Below, one piece after another: positions 43,633-53,011 of a DNA stretch of 64,000 nt. The stretch comes from an uncultured Acidobacteriota bacterium (lineage in GTDB: Bacteria > Acidobacteriota > Vicinamibacteria > Vicinamibacterales > UBA2999), in NCBI GenBank assembly GCA_963807105.1, contig CAWEAM010000010.1, positions 203,530 through 267,529 of the forward strand. Reading direction: 5' to 3'. Positions within the stretch are counted from its first letter, which is position 1; every line of letters begins with the position of its first letter. A model generated the notes under the pieces. It saw only the letters and a list, made by a program, of their open reading frames with translations, was not told the DNA's origin and searched no databases. The position numbers were made by a program, and so were the translations under genes.

Positions 43633-45439
43633 ACACCCTACCTTCTTCGTCCTCGCTGCTGAAGCGCTGCGCTTGGAGGGTGAACATTCTGTAATAGCGG
43701 CCGCCGAGCGCCATCAGCTCGTCGTGGGTGCCGAGCTCGACGACCCTGCCGCGCTCGAGCACGCAGATTCGATCGGCGTGCCGCACGGTGGAGAAACGAT
43801 GAGAGATCAGGATGGTGGTGCAGTGGCGCGTGGCGGCGAGCATGCGCTCGAAGATCTCGGCCTCGCCGCGCACGTCGAGCTGTGCGGTCGGCTCGTCGAG
43901 CAGGACCACACCGGCCCCCATCCGAACGGCGCAGAGCGCGCGCGCCAGCGCGACGCGCTGCCATTGGCCGCCAGACAGATCGGTGCCGCCCTCGTAGCCG
44001 CGCGCGAGAATCGTGTCCAGCTGCGCGAGATTGGCCGCGCCCGCCGCGTCGAGCGCTTCACGGATAATCTCGTCGGGCGCTCCGCCCGGCGCCACGTTGT
44101 CGCGCAGCGGGCGCTCGAGCCGGATGAAGTCCTGGAACACGGCGGTCACGCGCGATCGCCATGCATCAAGATCCAGCTCGCGCATGTCGATGCCATCGAC
44201 TTCGATCGCGCCGCGCTGCGGGTCGTACAACCGGCACAGCAGCTTGGCGAGCGTCGTCTTGCCGGCGCCGTTCTGCCCCACGATCGCGAGCGAAGAACCC
44301 GCGGGAATCGTCAGGTCGAAGCCGTCGAGGACCGGCGGGCCGCCGGGATAACTGAACGTGACCTGCCGGAACCGGACCTCGCGTGCAGGCAGGTCGGCGG
44401 CCGTTCGTCGTCCTGACGCGAGCTCGCCGGCGGCACGCATCGCCGGTTCGAGACGATGAACCGCCGCGACCGGGGCGGCTGCGCCATCGAGCGCCCAGTT
44501 GAGTCCGCCAAAGGCGATGAGCGACGTGCCGACGAGGCACTGCGCGTAGACAACGGTTTCGGCAAGCGTGACTCGCCCTTCCGACGCCGCTGCCGCCAGC
44601 GCCCACAACACGGCGAGGTTGCCGGCCGCGACGAGCAACAGACACCAGACCAGCGGCCGCTCGCGCAGCCGCGTCGCTTCATATTGAAGACGATGCAGCT
44701 TCGTGCGTTGCGCCAGGAAGCGCTCGATGGTCCAGCCGACCAGGCCGAACAGTCGCAGCTCCTTGCTCGCCGGCGGATCGACGGCAAGACGATAGGCGTA
44801 GTCGGCGTCGCGCTGCGCGCTGCGTACCGCAGGCGTATTGCGGTCCTGCCAGACGCCGCTTTCCCGCAGCAGCCAATGCGTCGACAGCCACGCGCCGGCG
44901 AGCACGAACGGCGCCCACCATGCGAAGCCGAAGAGCACGATCGCTGCGGCGAGGCCGCCGATCGTGCCGACGAGACCGCCGGCGATGAAATCCATCGAGT
45001 ACGAAAGTGGCGGCCCGGTCATGCCGAGATCGAAATCGCGCGCCACCGTGAGGTCGGCGGTCAGCGCCGGATCCTCGAGGTGTGTCATGCCGGCCGGCCG
45101 AACGCTGGCAGCAGTCAACCGATCGTAAAGGTGCGCGGCCATGCAGTCGCCGAGATTGCGACTGACAGCTGTCTGAAGCGGTGTCAGGACCTGCACCAGG
45201 ACGAAGGTGATGGCGACGAGCGTCAGCGGCGCCGCGAGCGATTGGCCGGCTTGCGCCTCTGCTGGCGAACGCTGCACGGCCGCGACCAGCACGCCGGTCG
45301 CAATCGCGAAGAGGGCGGGCAGCACCCCATGCAGCACGACAACGACCCACCAGGCGGCCGCCAGCAGGCGATCGGCTCGTGGCAGCGTCGCAAAGAACAG
45401 CCACTCGTTGCGCTGGCGAAGACGCTGATAGAAATGCAC
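43616..45439 (-). CDS. ABC transporter, fused permease/ATP-binding protein (partner half-transporter)
   Basis: ORF 43616..45970. GTG at 45439 (VHFYQRLRQRNEW) is preferred. It has GQNGAGKTTLAKLL, LSGGQWQRVALAR and VVLLDEPTAQLD. It overlaps the next gene by 17 nt. Confidence 0.85.
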   Translation of the reverse strand: MHFYQRLRQRNEWLFFATLPRADRLLAAAWWVVVVLHGVLPALFAIATGVLVAAVQRSPAEAQAGQSLAAPLTLVAITFVLVQVLTPLQTAVSRNLGDCMAAHLYDRLTAASVRPAGMTHLEDPALTADLTVARDFDLGMTGPPLSYSMDFIAGGLVGTIGGLAAAIVLFGFAWWAPFVLAGAWLSTHWLLRESGVWQDRNTPAVRSAQRDADYAYRLAVDPPASKELRLFGLVGWTIERFLAQRTKLHRLQYEATRLRERPLVWCLLLVAAGNLAVLWALAAAASEGRVTLAETVVYAQCLVGTSLIAFGGLNWALDGAAAPVAAVHRLEPAMRAAGELASGRRTAADLPAREVRFRQVTFSYPGGPPVLDGFDLTIPAGSSLAIVGQNGAGKTTLAKLLCRLYDPQRGAIEVDGIDMRELDLDAWRSRVTAVFQDFIRLERPLRDNVAPGGAPDEIIREALDAAGAANLAQLDTILARGYEGGTDLSGGQWQRVALARALCAVRMGAGVVLLDEPTAQLDVRGEAEIFERMLAATRHCTTILISHRFSTVRHADRICVLERGRVVELGTHDELMALGGRYYRMFTLQAQRFSSEDEEGRVYDVLA

Positions 45440-45456
45440 CTCGAAGTCCTCGCCCC

Positions 45457-46650
45457 TCACTCTGCGCAGAAGGCAATGCGGCGCGCGCGCTGCGCCGGCG
45501 GATCGACCGACGAGAGCTTCGCGTCGCCGAGTTGCTGCTGAATGAAGTGTTCGGTCTCGGCTGCCGCTTCGCGGACGGCAGCGCCGAGCGTCTTGTCGGT
45601 GTTCCACAGGCGGGTGACGATGCGCTCGTGATCCGGATCGTATTCCCACACACCGACCAGCTCGCCGCCGGCGACGACGGTGTGGTGCTTCAACGTTTCC
45701 ACCTCGCCGATACAAACGATCTGAAGCTTGGCGTTGAGAACCTGAACGTTGTCGCCTCGCGCCAGCACCGCCGCAGGCCGTCGCGCCGCCACGAACGGGT
45801 CGCGGAAGGGAAGAAAGACGACCTGCCTGTCGTCGGCGTCGAACGCGTTCCAGTCGCGAAGATCGTCGGCGAGCAGCCAGGCATTCTCGGTCCAGCCGGC
45901 GACGGCAACTTGTTCGGCGCCGAGGACCGCCAGTGCGCCACGGACGGCGCTCTTGGTCAACGTGCTCCACTCCGCGATCTCGTCAACCGTGGCCGGACCG
46001 TGGCGCCGCAGGAAAAGACGTGTGGTCTCGCGCTCGATTGCCGCAGTGTCGCCCGGGGCCTCGAGATCGGGACGATCGTCGGCGTGCCTGAGCTCGTAAA
46101 TGTACTTTGATGAGTCGAGACGGCCATCCGCCGGATAACGGCGGATGACGCCGCTGACCGCCAGGTCGATGAGCGCGCCGGTGAGAAGCTCTGCGGCGTC
46201 GGGGTGCGTCACGCGCTCGCGGATCTCGGCGGTCGAGAGCGGGCCCTCATCCAACGCGCGCGAAGCCTGTGCCGCGATCGCCCTGAGCGCGGCTTCGCTG
46301 TAGCGGCCACTGGCGAAGACTGGAGCGGCGTGCTTGGCATACGACGCGCGATGCGATCGCAGGGCAAGCGCCATCTCGTCGCGCGGCACGAGCACCGGCG
46401 GTCTGGCGTGTGCGCCGGGTACTTCGACGACTTCCTTTCCGTCGAGCGCGGCGCGGTCGACCGTCTCGCGGGTCGTGCCCGGCAGGCGCGCGCGGATCGA
46501 AAGGTAGACGCCGGTCGAGCCAGCCGTGACGAACCAACCGGCCTGACGAAAACATGCGGCCAGACTCGCAGGTGCGCCGCGCCGGCTCAGACCCTGTCGC
46601 CGAAACCACCACGCGCGGAGACGAGTGCGTGCAGCATCAGCCTTGGTCAC
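45457..46650 (-). CDS. winged-helix DNA-binding domain protein of the YcaQ/AlkZ (HTH_42, DUF1006) family
   Basis: RLRAWWFRRQGL..AGWFVTAGSTGVYLSIRARL.. The length (397 aa) and layout fit the family. Its stop is 17 nt upstream of the ABC gene start. Confidence 0.75.
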   Translation of the reverse strand: MTKADAARTRLRAWWFRRQGLSRRGAPASLAACFRQAGWFVTAGSTGVYLSIRARLPGTTRETVDRAALDGKEVVEVPGAHARPPVLVPRDEMALALRSHRASYAKHAAPVFASGRYSEAALRAIAAQASRALDEGPLSTAEIRERVTHPDAAELLTGALIDLAVSGVIRRYPADGRLDSSKYIYELRHADDRPDLEAPGDTAAIERETTRLFLRRHGPATVDEIAEWSTLTKSAVRGALAVLGAEQVAVAGWTENAWLLADDLRDWNAFDADDRQVVFLPFRDPFVAARRPAAVLARGDNVQVLNAKLQIVCIGEVETLKHHTVVAGGELVGVWEYDPDHERIVTRLWNTDKTLGAAVREAAAETEHFIQQQLGDAKLSSVDPPAQRARRIAFCAE

Positions 46651-46775
46651 TTGGGGTCAATTCTCGCCGAAGAGCCGAGCGCCCGGCTTGTAAGAATTTC
46701 ACCTGTCGGACGCGCCGGCTCTGATCGCGCTGGCGCAACGCGGCAGCCGCTCGATCGCCCCGCTGCTAACGCCGA

Positions 46776-47994
46776 TCAGAGCGACGTCAAGTATTCGACC
46801 AACGCCGCCCGCTCGCCGCCGGACAGCTTCAAGCCAAACGTACGATTGTAGTGATCGACCACCGCTTCGTAGCTCTTGAAGCGGCCGTCGTGATAGAAGC
46901 CGCCCTTGAGACGAGTGAACAGGCCCTTGAGCGGTGTCGTGCGGTAGTGCTCGTCGGGCGAACGCTGCGCCTGGAAATCGTCGATGCCGATCTCCGACGC
47001 CGTGTGCATGTTCCACCCCGGCTCGGTGAAGAGCGGCGGCACGTGGCAGGTCGCGCAGCGTGCGCGGTTGGTGAAGACCTCGCGTCCCTGTCGCGCCAGG
47101 GCGTCGTCGACCGAATCCGGCGGCGGTTCAGGCGCCGCGAGCGCGAGCTGATAGAACTGCAACGCGGGCAGCTTTGGCGTCACCAGATCGGGATCGTTGC
47201 GCACGTTCGCAAATCCGGCGCGCGCGGCAACCGGAAAACGCGCCGCATCGTTCAGACGGGGATCGAAGAACACGCCCTTGCCATGCATCTCGAGGTTGGC
47301 GACGAACGCGTTCCAATGCGAGACGCCGCCCCATCCCGTGGACGTGTGCAGGTTGACGCCGGCAAGACCGAACGCAGGCGGGATCATCACTGCCGCCGAC
47401 TGGCCGTGGAGTCGAACCGCCTTCCCATCCAGAATGATCGAGGCATCGAACTTGCCGGGACCCCACGACCTCAACACCCGGCGGAGCGTCGGATCATCCA
47501 CGCTGAGTAGCGACGTCAGCACCGACAGATCCGGAGCGAGCGCGGCGATGCGCCGATATCCAGATCGCGGTTCGGCCAGCCATCGAAACGCTGGCCGACG
47601 CCGCGCGCGAACGAGTCGTCGACCGTGGAGTGACAGAGCGAGCACTGCACGCCGAGCGACGTGAGCCGCGCGCCTTCGAAAAGCCGGTGACCCCGACGAC
47701 CGCATTCGCGCGCAGCAGCTCGATCGTCGTCGCCGGGCTGTTCAGATCCACCGCGCCACGCCGCACCGCTTCCCGAACCGGTGGCGACAACGCCTCGACG
47801 TCAACCTTGAGACCGACGGCCAACGCAGCCGCCGGACTCACTCCGGGACCGACGCCGCCCAACGCGGCGCCCGCAATCGTGCGATGCAGTCCGAGCGTGT
47901 CTCCCCAGAATGCCTCATCTCCAAAGGTTTCGTCTCTGAACGTCCGCTGGCCTTCGACGAGCATCTTCGCGGCGTGTCCTGCGACCGGCGTCAA
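46776..47994 (-). pseudogene. di-haem cytochrome c peroxidase/MauG-like protein, two 1-nt frame breaks
   Basis: Three consecutive frames give RTFRDETFGDEAFWGD..VVGVTGF / FEGARLTSLGVQCSLCHSTVDDSFARGVGQRFDGWPNRDLDIGA / AALAPDLSVL..CATCHVPPLFTEPG..FYHDGRFKSYEAVVDHYN. The breaks are at the A/T run 47679-47682 and near 47541-47554. Confidence 0.65.
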
Positions 47995-48104
47995 TGCGCG
48001 GCGATCCTCCTGCTATCGTCAACCGTCGAGTGACACAGCGCACAGGTCGTGCCGAGGCCGTCAGCGCTCAGCGAGCCGGTGTTAGACAAAGTAGAGCCTG
48101 GCGG
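47991..48104 (-). pseudogene. fragment duplicating the first haem-binding segment of the adjacent peroxidase gene
   Basis: Open 37-codon stretch PPGSTLSNTGSLSADGLGTTCALCHSTVDDSRRIAAH. Compare LTSLGVQCSLCHSTVDDSFARG in the main gene. Confidence 0.4.
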
Positions 48105-48313
48105 TCACATGGCTGACTTTGAACATGACCAACCTCTCTGTGCACCAAGCAAGACACTTGCCGCGGCGCCGCGGATGGCAGCGCGCATGCACGTCAACCA
48201 GGTCGCGCAGCCTGAGCCATGCATGGTTCGACGACGTGTTGTACCTCTGGAATTCCTCAAACACTCAAGCTGCTGATATGCACGCCCGCCGCGCGCACCC
48301 GATGGAGGACACG

Positions 48314-48732
48314 ATGACGAGAAAACCGTCGAGCAGGAGTTGCTCGCGCTTGAAAAGAACTACTGGCAGGCGATCAAGGACAAAGACGTCGAGACTGCCG
48401 TGCGTCTCAGTGACGATCCCTGCATCGTGACAGGCGCCCAAGGTGTAGGGCGAATCGGGAGTCAGGCTTTAGCCGGGATGATGAAGGACGCAATGTACAC
48501 GCTGCACGATTTCAGCATCGGAGACGATGCTCACGTGCGTCTGCTCAGCGACGATGTCGCTGTCGTCGCCTACAACGTGCACGAGGACCTGACGGTGGAC
48601 GGCAAGCGGGTGACGCTCGACGCAGCCGACGCGTCGACGTGGGTGCGCCGCGATGGCCGTTGGGTCTGTGCGCTGCACACGGAATCGGTCCGAGGCGACC
48701 CGTTCGGCCGCGATCGACGTGCCGTTACATAG
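48314..48732 (+). CDS. NTF2-like (SnoaL/DUF4440-type) small protein; start region frame-broken
   Basis: ORF 48340..48732 (TTG) reads LALEKNYWQAIKDKDVETAVRLSDD..VCALHTESV. The in-frame upstream stretch TVEQEL has no start codon. ATG at 48314 follows GGAGGA and joins the frame if the A4 run at 48322-48325 is read as A5. Confidence 0.65.
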
Positions 48733-48758
48733 CGCGAGCGCAGGGCGCGACGTTCAGA

Positions 48759-50357
48759 TCACTGACTCGTCGTGCCGCGCTTCTTCTGCGCTTCTACCAT
48801 CGCCGCCACGTCGGCGAGCAGCTTCTTCGCGTTGTAGACGATGCCGTCTTTAATCGTGTAGCGAATGCCGCCCACGCGCTCGTTGCGGCCGGTGCGGTCG
48901 TTGAGGCGCAGGTGTCCGGTGCCGTACAGCACCAGCAGGTTCTGCAGCGGGTTCTGATCGACGAGGACGAGATCCGCGAGCATGCCGGCGCGGACGATGC
49001 CGAACTCCGGCTCGAGGCCCTTCGGTTCGAACAGAGCCTCGGCGCCATGCATGGTGGCGGCGCGGATCACTTCCAGCGGATGGAAGCCGGCTTCCTGCAG
49101 CAGCGTCATCTCGTGGACCAAGCCGAACCCCCACGTGTTGTAGATGTAAGCCGCGTCGTCGCTGACGGTGACGCGCCCGCCCATCTTCTTGTAGTCGTTG
49201 AGCAGCTTGAACCAGACCTGATAGAAGTTGCGCCACGCGATTTCGTCGCTGAGCGTCCAGTCGAAGAAATAGGAGCCGTGGTTCTCGCGGTTCGGCTCGT
49301 AGAAGGCCATGAGTGACGGCAGCGTGTAGCGCGCGTGCCAATCGGCATTGCGCATGCGCATCACGTCGCGACCGGCGGCGTACGCCGTCATCGTCGGATC
49401 GAAGATGGTACCGAGCTTGACGTGCTCCTGCAGATACTCCTTCCACTCGGGGCTGCCTGGGGGATGGATCTGATCCCAGAGACGCGCCACCTGTCCGAAG
49501 CGCAGCTGCTCGTCGTTGTAGTTCATCTGCTCGGGCCACGGCTGCACCTTGTAGTCGCGGAGCAGCGCCTCGAAGTGCCCGTAGAAGTGCGTCACGGTGC
49601 CCAGTCCCAGCCTGGCCGCTGCGAGCGCGTTCATCTGCGCGACGCCGCGCTGCTCGAGATGCGCCGTCGTGCCCAGGCCGAGCTTCTTCGCTTCGTCGAT
49701 GAGCGCGGCCATGAGGCGCGGCGGATAGGCCACGAGCTTCAGACCGTCGACGCCGTTGGCGGCACACCACCGCACCCAGGCGCGCGCCTTCTCGGGCGTG
49801 TCGACGGCGCCGTCGTTCCATCCGGCGCCGGGCCGCTGATAGTTGTAAATGCGCGGCGCGACGATGGCGTTGGCGGCGCTGCGCTCCTTTTCCTTGAGCG
49901 CAAACGGCTGCGGCGCGAGCTCGACGCCGCGGATCGTCGTCACGCCATGCGCCATGTAAAGCTTGTAGACGTATTCGGCCTCTGGCGCTTTGGTGTTGTC
50001 GCCGAGATGCGCGTGCAGGTTGACGAAACCTGGCATCAGATACATCCCGGTGCCGTCGATCACGTCCGGCGTGGCAGCAGCCGGAGTGTCGGCCCTGCGC
50101 GGCGGCACCCCAGGAGTGCCCGCGCTGACGATGCGCGCGATCCGATTGCGCTCGATGACGACGTGCATCGGGCCCGCGGGCGGCGCTCCTGTGCCGTCGA
50201 TTACCATCACGTTGCGGATGGTCAGCGTGGGGAACGGGCCTGACCCTTCGCCGGCGCGGCGGTCGGGCGCGGGGACGAGACGATCCTGCTGCGCGTTCAC
50301 CACCGCGTGCGCGATCAACATCAGACCGAGAGCCGGCGCCACGAGTCGCTTGGTCAT
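48759..50357 (-). CDS. secreted amidohydrolase-family (metal-dependent hydrolase) protein
   Basis: Signal peptide MTKRLVAPALGLMLIAHAVVNAQ. It has VIDGTG, YLMPGFVNLHAHLG (HxH metal motif) and a C-terminal MLADLVLVD. Confidence 0.85.
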   Translation of the reverse strand: MTKRLVAPALGLMLIAHAVVNAQQDRLVPAPDRRAGEGSGPFPTLTIRNVMVIDGTGAPPAGPMHVVIERNRIARIVSAGTPGVPPRRADTPAAATPDVIDGTGMYLMPGFVNLHAHLGDNTKAPEAEYVYKLYMAHGVTTIRGVELAPQPFALKEKERSAANAIVAPRIYNYQRPGAGWNDGAVDTPEKARAWVRWCAANGVDGLKLVAYPPRLMAALIDEAKKLGLGTTAHLEQRGVAQMNALAAARLGLGTVTHFYGHFEALLRDYKVQPWPEQMNYNDEQLRFGQVARLWDQIHPPGSPEWKEYLQEHVKLGTIFDPTMTAYAAGRDVMRMRNADWHARYTLPSLMAFYEPNRENHGSYFFDWTLSDEIAWRNFYQVWFKLLNDYKKMGGRVTVSDDAAYIYNTWGFGLVHEMTLLQEAGFHPLEVIRAATMHGAEALFEPKGLEPEFGIVRAGMLADLVLVDQNPLQNLLVLYGTGHLRLNDRTGRNERVGGIRYTIKDGIVYNAKKLLADVAAMVEAQKKRGTTSQ

Positions 50358-50424
50358 GGCTGCGATGATACCCGTAACGCAGCGCGCCGACAGGGTCCTA
50401 CAATGGCCGCTGCATCGGGAGTGA

Positions 50425-51147
50425 ATGGCGACAGCGCCGCGATTCGCACATGTCAGGCTCGCGTCCGGTTTGCAGCTGCATTACGCCGAGCACCTGCCGT
50501 CGCGGGTCCGTGCGCTCGTGCTCGACCAGCGCGGCTTCGGCGAGTCGGAGCGTCCGGCGTCGGGCTATGACGTCAGCGACTTCGCCGCGGACGTCGCGAG
50601 GTTCCTCGACGCGCTTGCAATCGAGCGAGCCATCATCGTCGGGCACTCGTTCGGGAGCTTCGTCGCGCGCGCGGTCGCGATCGACCATCCGGCACGCGTC
50701 AGCCGGCTCGCGCTGATCGGCACTGGCGCGACGGCGGCCAACGCGGTCACGCGCGAGATGCAGGCGAGCGTGCAGCATCTCGAAGACCCAGTGCCATTGG
50801 CGTTTGCCCGCGAGTTCCAGGCGAGCACAGCCTATGCGCCGCTGCCGCCAGACTTCTTCTCGCGAATCATCGGAGAGAGCATCAAACTGCCTGCGCGTCT
50901 GTGGCGTGAGGTGTTCGATCGGCTGCTTGCCTACGACGATCGAGAGCGATGGCCACGAATCACCGCGCCAACGCTCGTGCTCTGGGGCGAGCGCGATGCG
51001 CTGTTTCGGCGCGTGGACCAGGATCGCTTCGTGGCAGCGGTCTCTGGTGCCACGTTCAGGATGTATCCGGAGGTCGGGCACTGCCCGAACTGGGAATGCC
51101 CCGAGCTGGTCGCGGCCGATCTGGGCGCGTTTCGACAACAGGCCTGA
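50425..51147 (+). CDS. alpha/beta-hydrolase fold protein, apparently lacking the HG oxyanion-loop segment
   Basis: GHSFGSF nucleophile elbow, LDQRGFGESERP and a C-terminal EVGHCPNWE. Only 6 residues separate LHYAEH from LPSRVRALVLDQRG, where relatives have about 30. Confidence 0.7.
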   Translation: MATAPRFAHVRLASGLQLHYAEHLPSRVRALVLDQRGFGESERPASGYDVSDFAADVARFLDALAIERAIIVGHSFGSFVARAVAIDHPARVSRLALIGTGATAANAVTREMQASVQHLEDPVPLAFAREFQASTAYAPLPPDFFSRIIGESIKLPARLWREVFDRLLAYDDRERWPRITAPTLVLWGERDALFRRVDQDRFVAAVSGATFRMYPEVGHCPNWECPELVAADLGAFRQQA

Positions 51148-51240
51148 ACCGCCGCACGAAGCACGGTCGCGTTCCCTCGATGGCGCGTGAGCCGCGCCCG
51201 GCCACGCCCCCACGGGCTCACTCAGTCGCTCTCAGTGTCT

Positions 51241-51488
51241 GGGAGCGGCCGCCGAGCGGGATGGGCGCGGCTCGACCCCGAAAACCCTGGAGGCAAGCCG
51301 TGGTCAGTGCGGCAGACAAACTGCGTGACGGACGTCCCGCGCCGGACCCGCCGCGTGTCGGCGCAGGGAGAGTACTAGCGGCGGGTCTTCGGGGGGCACG
51401 ACTCGGCCTGTCGGCCGTCGCGCAGTTTGTTCCGGCGCGCCGACCGGGTTGTCGGGGCGAGTCGTGCTCATCGCGCTCGAAGGCAGCG
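51241..51488. repeat. intergenic repeat family, long form (copy C, inverted relative to copy B)
   Basis: See 4031-4278. It has the same 248-nt modular structure. Confidence 0.85.
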
Positions 51489-51570
51489 AACTCAGAGCCG
51501 ATTGTCGGCCGCACCTTTCGCCGTGGCGGACGCGCCTCTTCGCACGATCGCCCCGGGTAGAAGGCAGCTC

Positions 51571-52995
51571 TTATCGCCTGCCGACTTCCGCAGTGGGCGG
51601 TCGCGGCGATGTGGCGGGACCGCCCTTGTGCATCACGCCGTCCTTGACGACGACTTCGACCCGCGACAGCGCGGTGATGTCGTAGTTCGGGTTCCCGTTG
51701 ACGACGATGATGTCGGCGATCTTGCCCGGCTCGATCGACCCGAGCTCTCGTCCGCGGCCGATCGCCTGCGCATTGACACGCGTCGCAGCGGCGATCGCGC
51801 GCGTGGGCGACATGCCCATGTCCACATGCACCTTGATCTCGCGCCAGAGTGCTTCGCTGTGGAAGTTCATCGGCGTGCCGGAGTCAGTGCCCATGCCCAT
51901 CACCGCCCCTGACTCGATGAACTGCTTCACGCCGCGCTCGCGGAACAGCATCTCGCGGTCCGTCCGCTGAAAGTAGCCAAGCGACCACCAGTTCTTGAGC
52001 GAGCTCTGCACTTCGCCGTAGATCTCCGGCCCGAACGCCTGCTTGAGCCCCGGATCCTGGAGGCGCTCCGGAAACGCTGTCGTGTCCTCGTAGATCCAGG
52101 CGCGATGCGCAGCGGTGACCACGACGGGCCGTCCGGCGTTGACGATGGCCGTGATCAGCTCCTTGCTGTAAGGCGGCGCCGTGCCGGCGGACCCGACGTG
52201 CTGCAGCACATCGACGCCGGCGTCGAGCGCGTTGCGAACGTCGCGCTCGGCGTAGACGTGCGCATGAACGCGAATGTTGCTCTTGCGCGCGGCGGCAACG
52301 ATCGCCTGGTAGTCTTCGAGCGTCAGCCCGGCGTGCGCCTTGATGTGATCGACGCCGGCCTTCGCGAGCTCCTCGACTCTTTTGCCCGCGTCGAACGACG
52401 AATTCACGTTGACGCCGCCGAACCCCTCCTGCATGGCGCCACTCCCGCCGCGCGAGATCCACGGACCGCTCGCGAGCACACGCGTGCCCACCAGCTCGCC
52501 TTTGTTGATGCGATCGCGAATCCTCAGGCTTGGCTGGAGCGGCGATCCGAGGTCCACGGTCGTGGTCACGCCGGCCATCAAGAGCTGTCTCGCCGAGATC
52601 TCCATCACCTTGGTCAACATCGCGTCGCCGCCGTGTGCCGCGATCCACGGGAACCAGGTGTCGTACGCGCCATGCCCCAAGACGATGAGGTGGCCGTGGG
52701 CCTCGATGAGTCCGGGCAGCATGGTGCGACCGCTGGTGTCGATGACCGTTGTATCGGCCGGCACCGTCACCGCCGCCGACGGTCCGGCCGCGGTGATCCT
52801 GTTGCCTTCGATCAGGATCGTCGCGTGATGAATCGGCGGCACTTCGTAGCCGGTGAGCAGCATGCCTCCGACCAGGGCGAGCCGCTTGCCACCCGTGGTC
52901 GTACCGGAGCGCGGCGGTTGCTGCGCCGCTCCGGTTGCCAGCCAGCTCACGACGACGATCGACGCCAGGCTCACGACACGTGTTGCGTTGCGCAT
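51571..52995 (-). CDS. secreted amidohydrolase-family protein
   Basis: ORF 51571..53052. ATG at 52995 follows GAGGAAGAGGG. It has a signal peptide, MLPGLIEAHGHLIVLGHG and IADIIVVNGNP. Confidence 0.85.
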   Translation of the reverse strand: MRNATRVVSLASIVVVSWLATGAAQQPPRSGTTTGGKRLALVGGMLLTGYEVPPIHHATILIEGNRITAAGPSAAVTVPADTTVIDTSGRTMLPGLIEAHGHLIVLGHGAYDTWFPWIAAHGGDAMLTKVMEISARQLLMAGVTTTVDLGSPLQPSLRIRDRINKGELVGTRVLASGPWISRGGSGAMQEGFGGVNVNSSFDAGKRVEELAKAGVDHIKAHAGLTLEDYQAIVAAARKSNIRVHAHVYAERDVRNALDAGVDVLQHVGSAGTAPPYSKELITAIVNAGRPVVVTAAHRAWIYEDTTAFPERLQDPGLKQAFGPEIYGEVQSSLKNWWSLGYFQRTDREMLFRERGVKQFIESGAVMGMGTDSGTPMNFHSEALWREIKVHVDMGMSPTRAIAAATRVNAQAIGRGRELGSIEPGKIADIIVVNGNPNYDITALSRVEVVVKDGVMHKGGPATSPRPPTAEVGRR

Positions 52996-53011
52996 GATCG
53001 GACCCTCTTCC

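Noticed and set aside
4031-51488. Treating the inverted 248-nt repeats as boundaries of a genomic island containing the glycan locus.
   Set aside because: Glycan genes (flippase, GT-C, methyltransferase, AKR) continue on the outer side of copy B (1-3763). Unrelated decayed genes lie inside. The repeats therefore do not delimit a functional unit.
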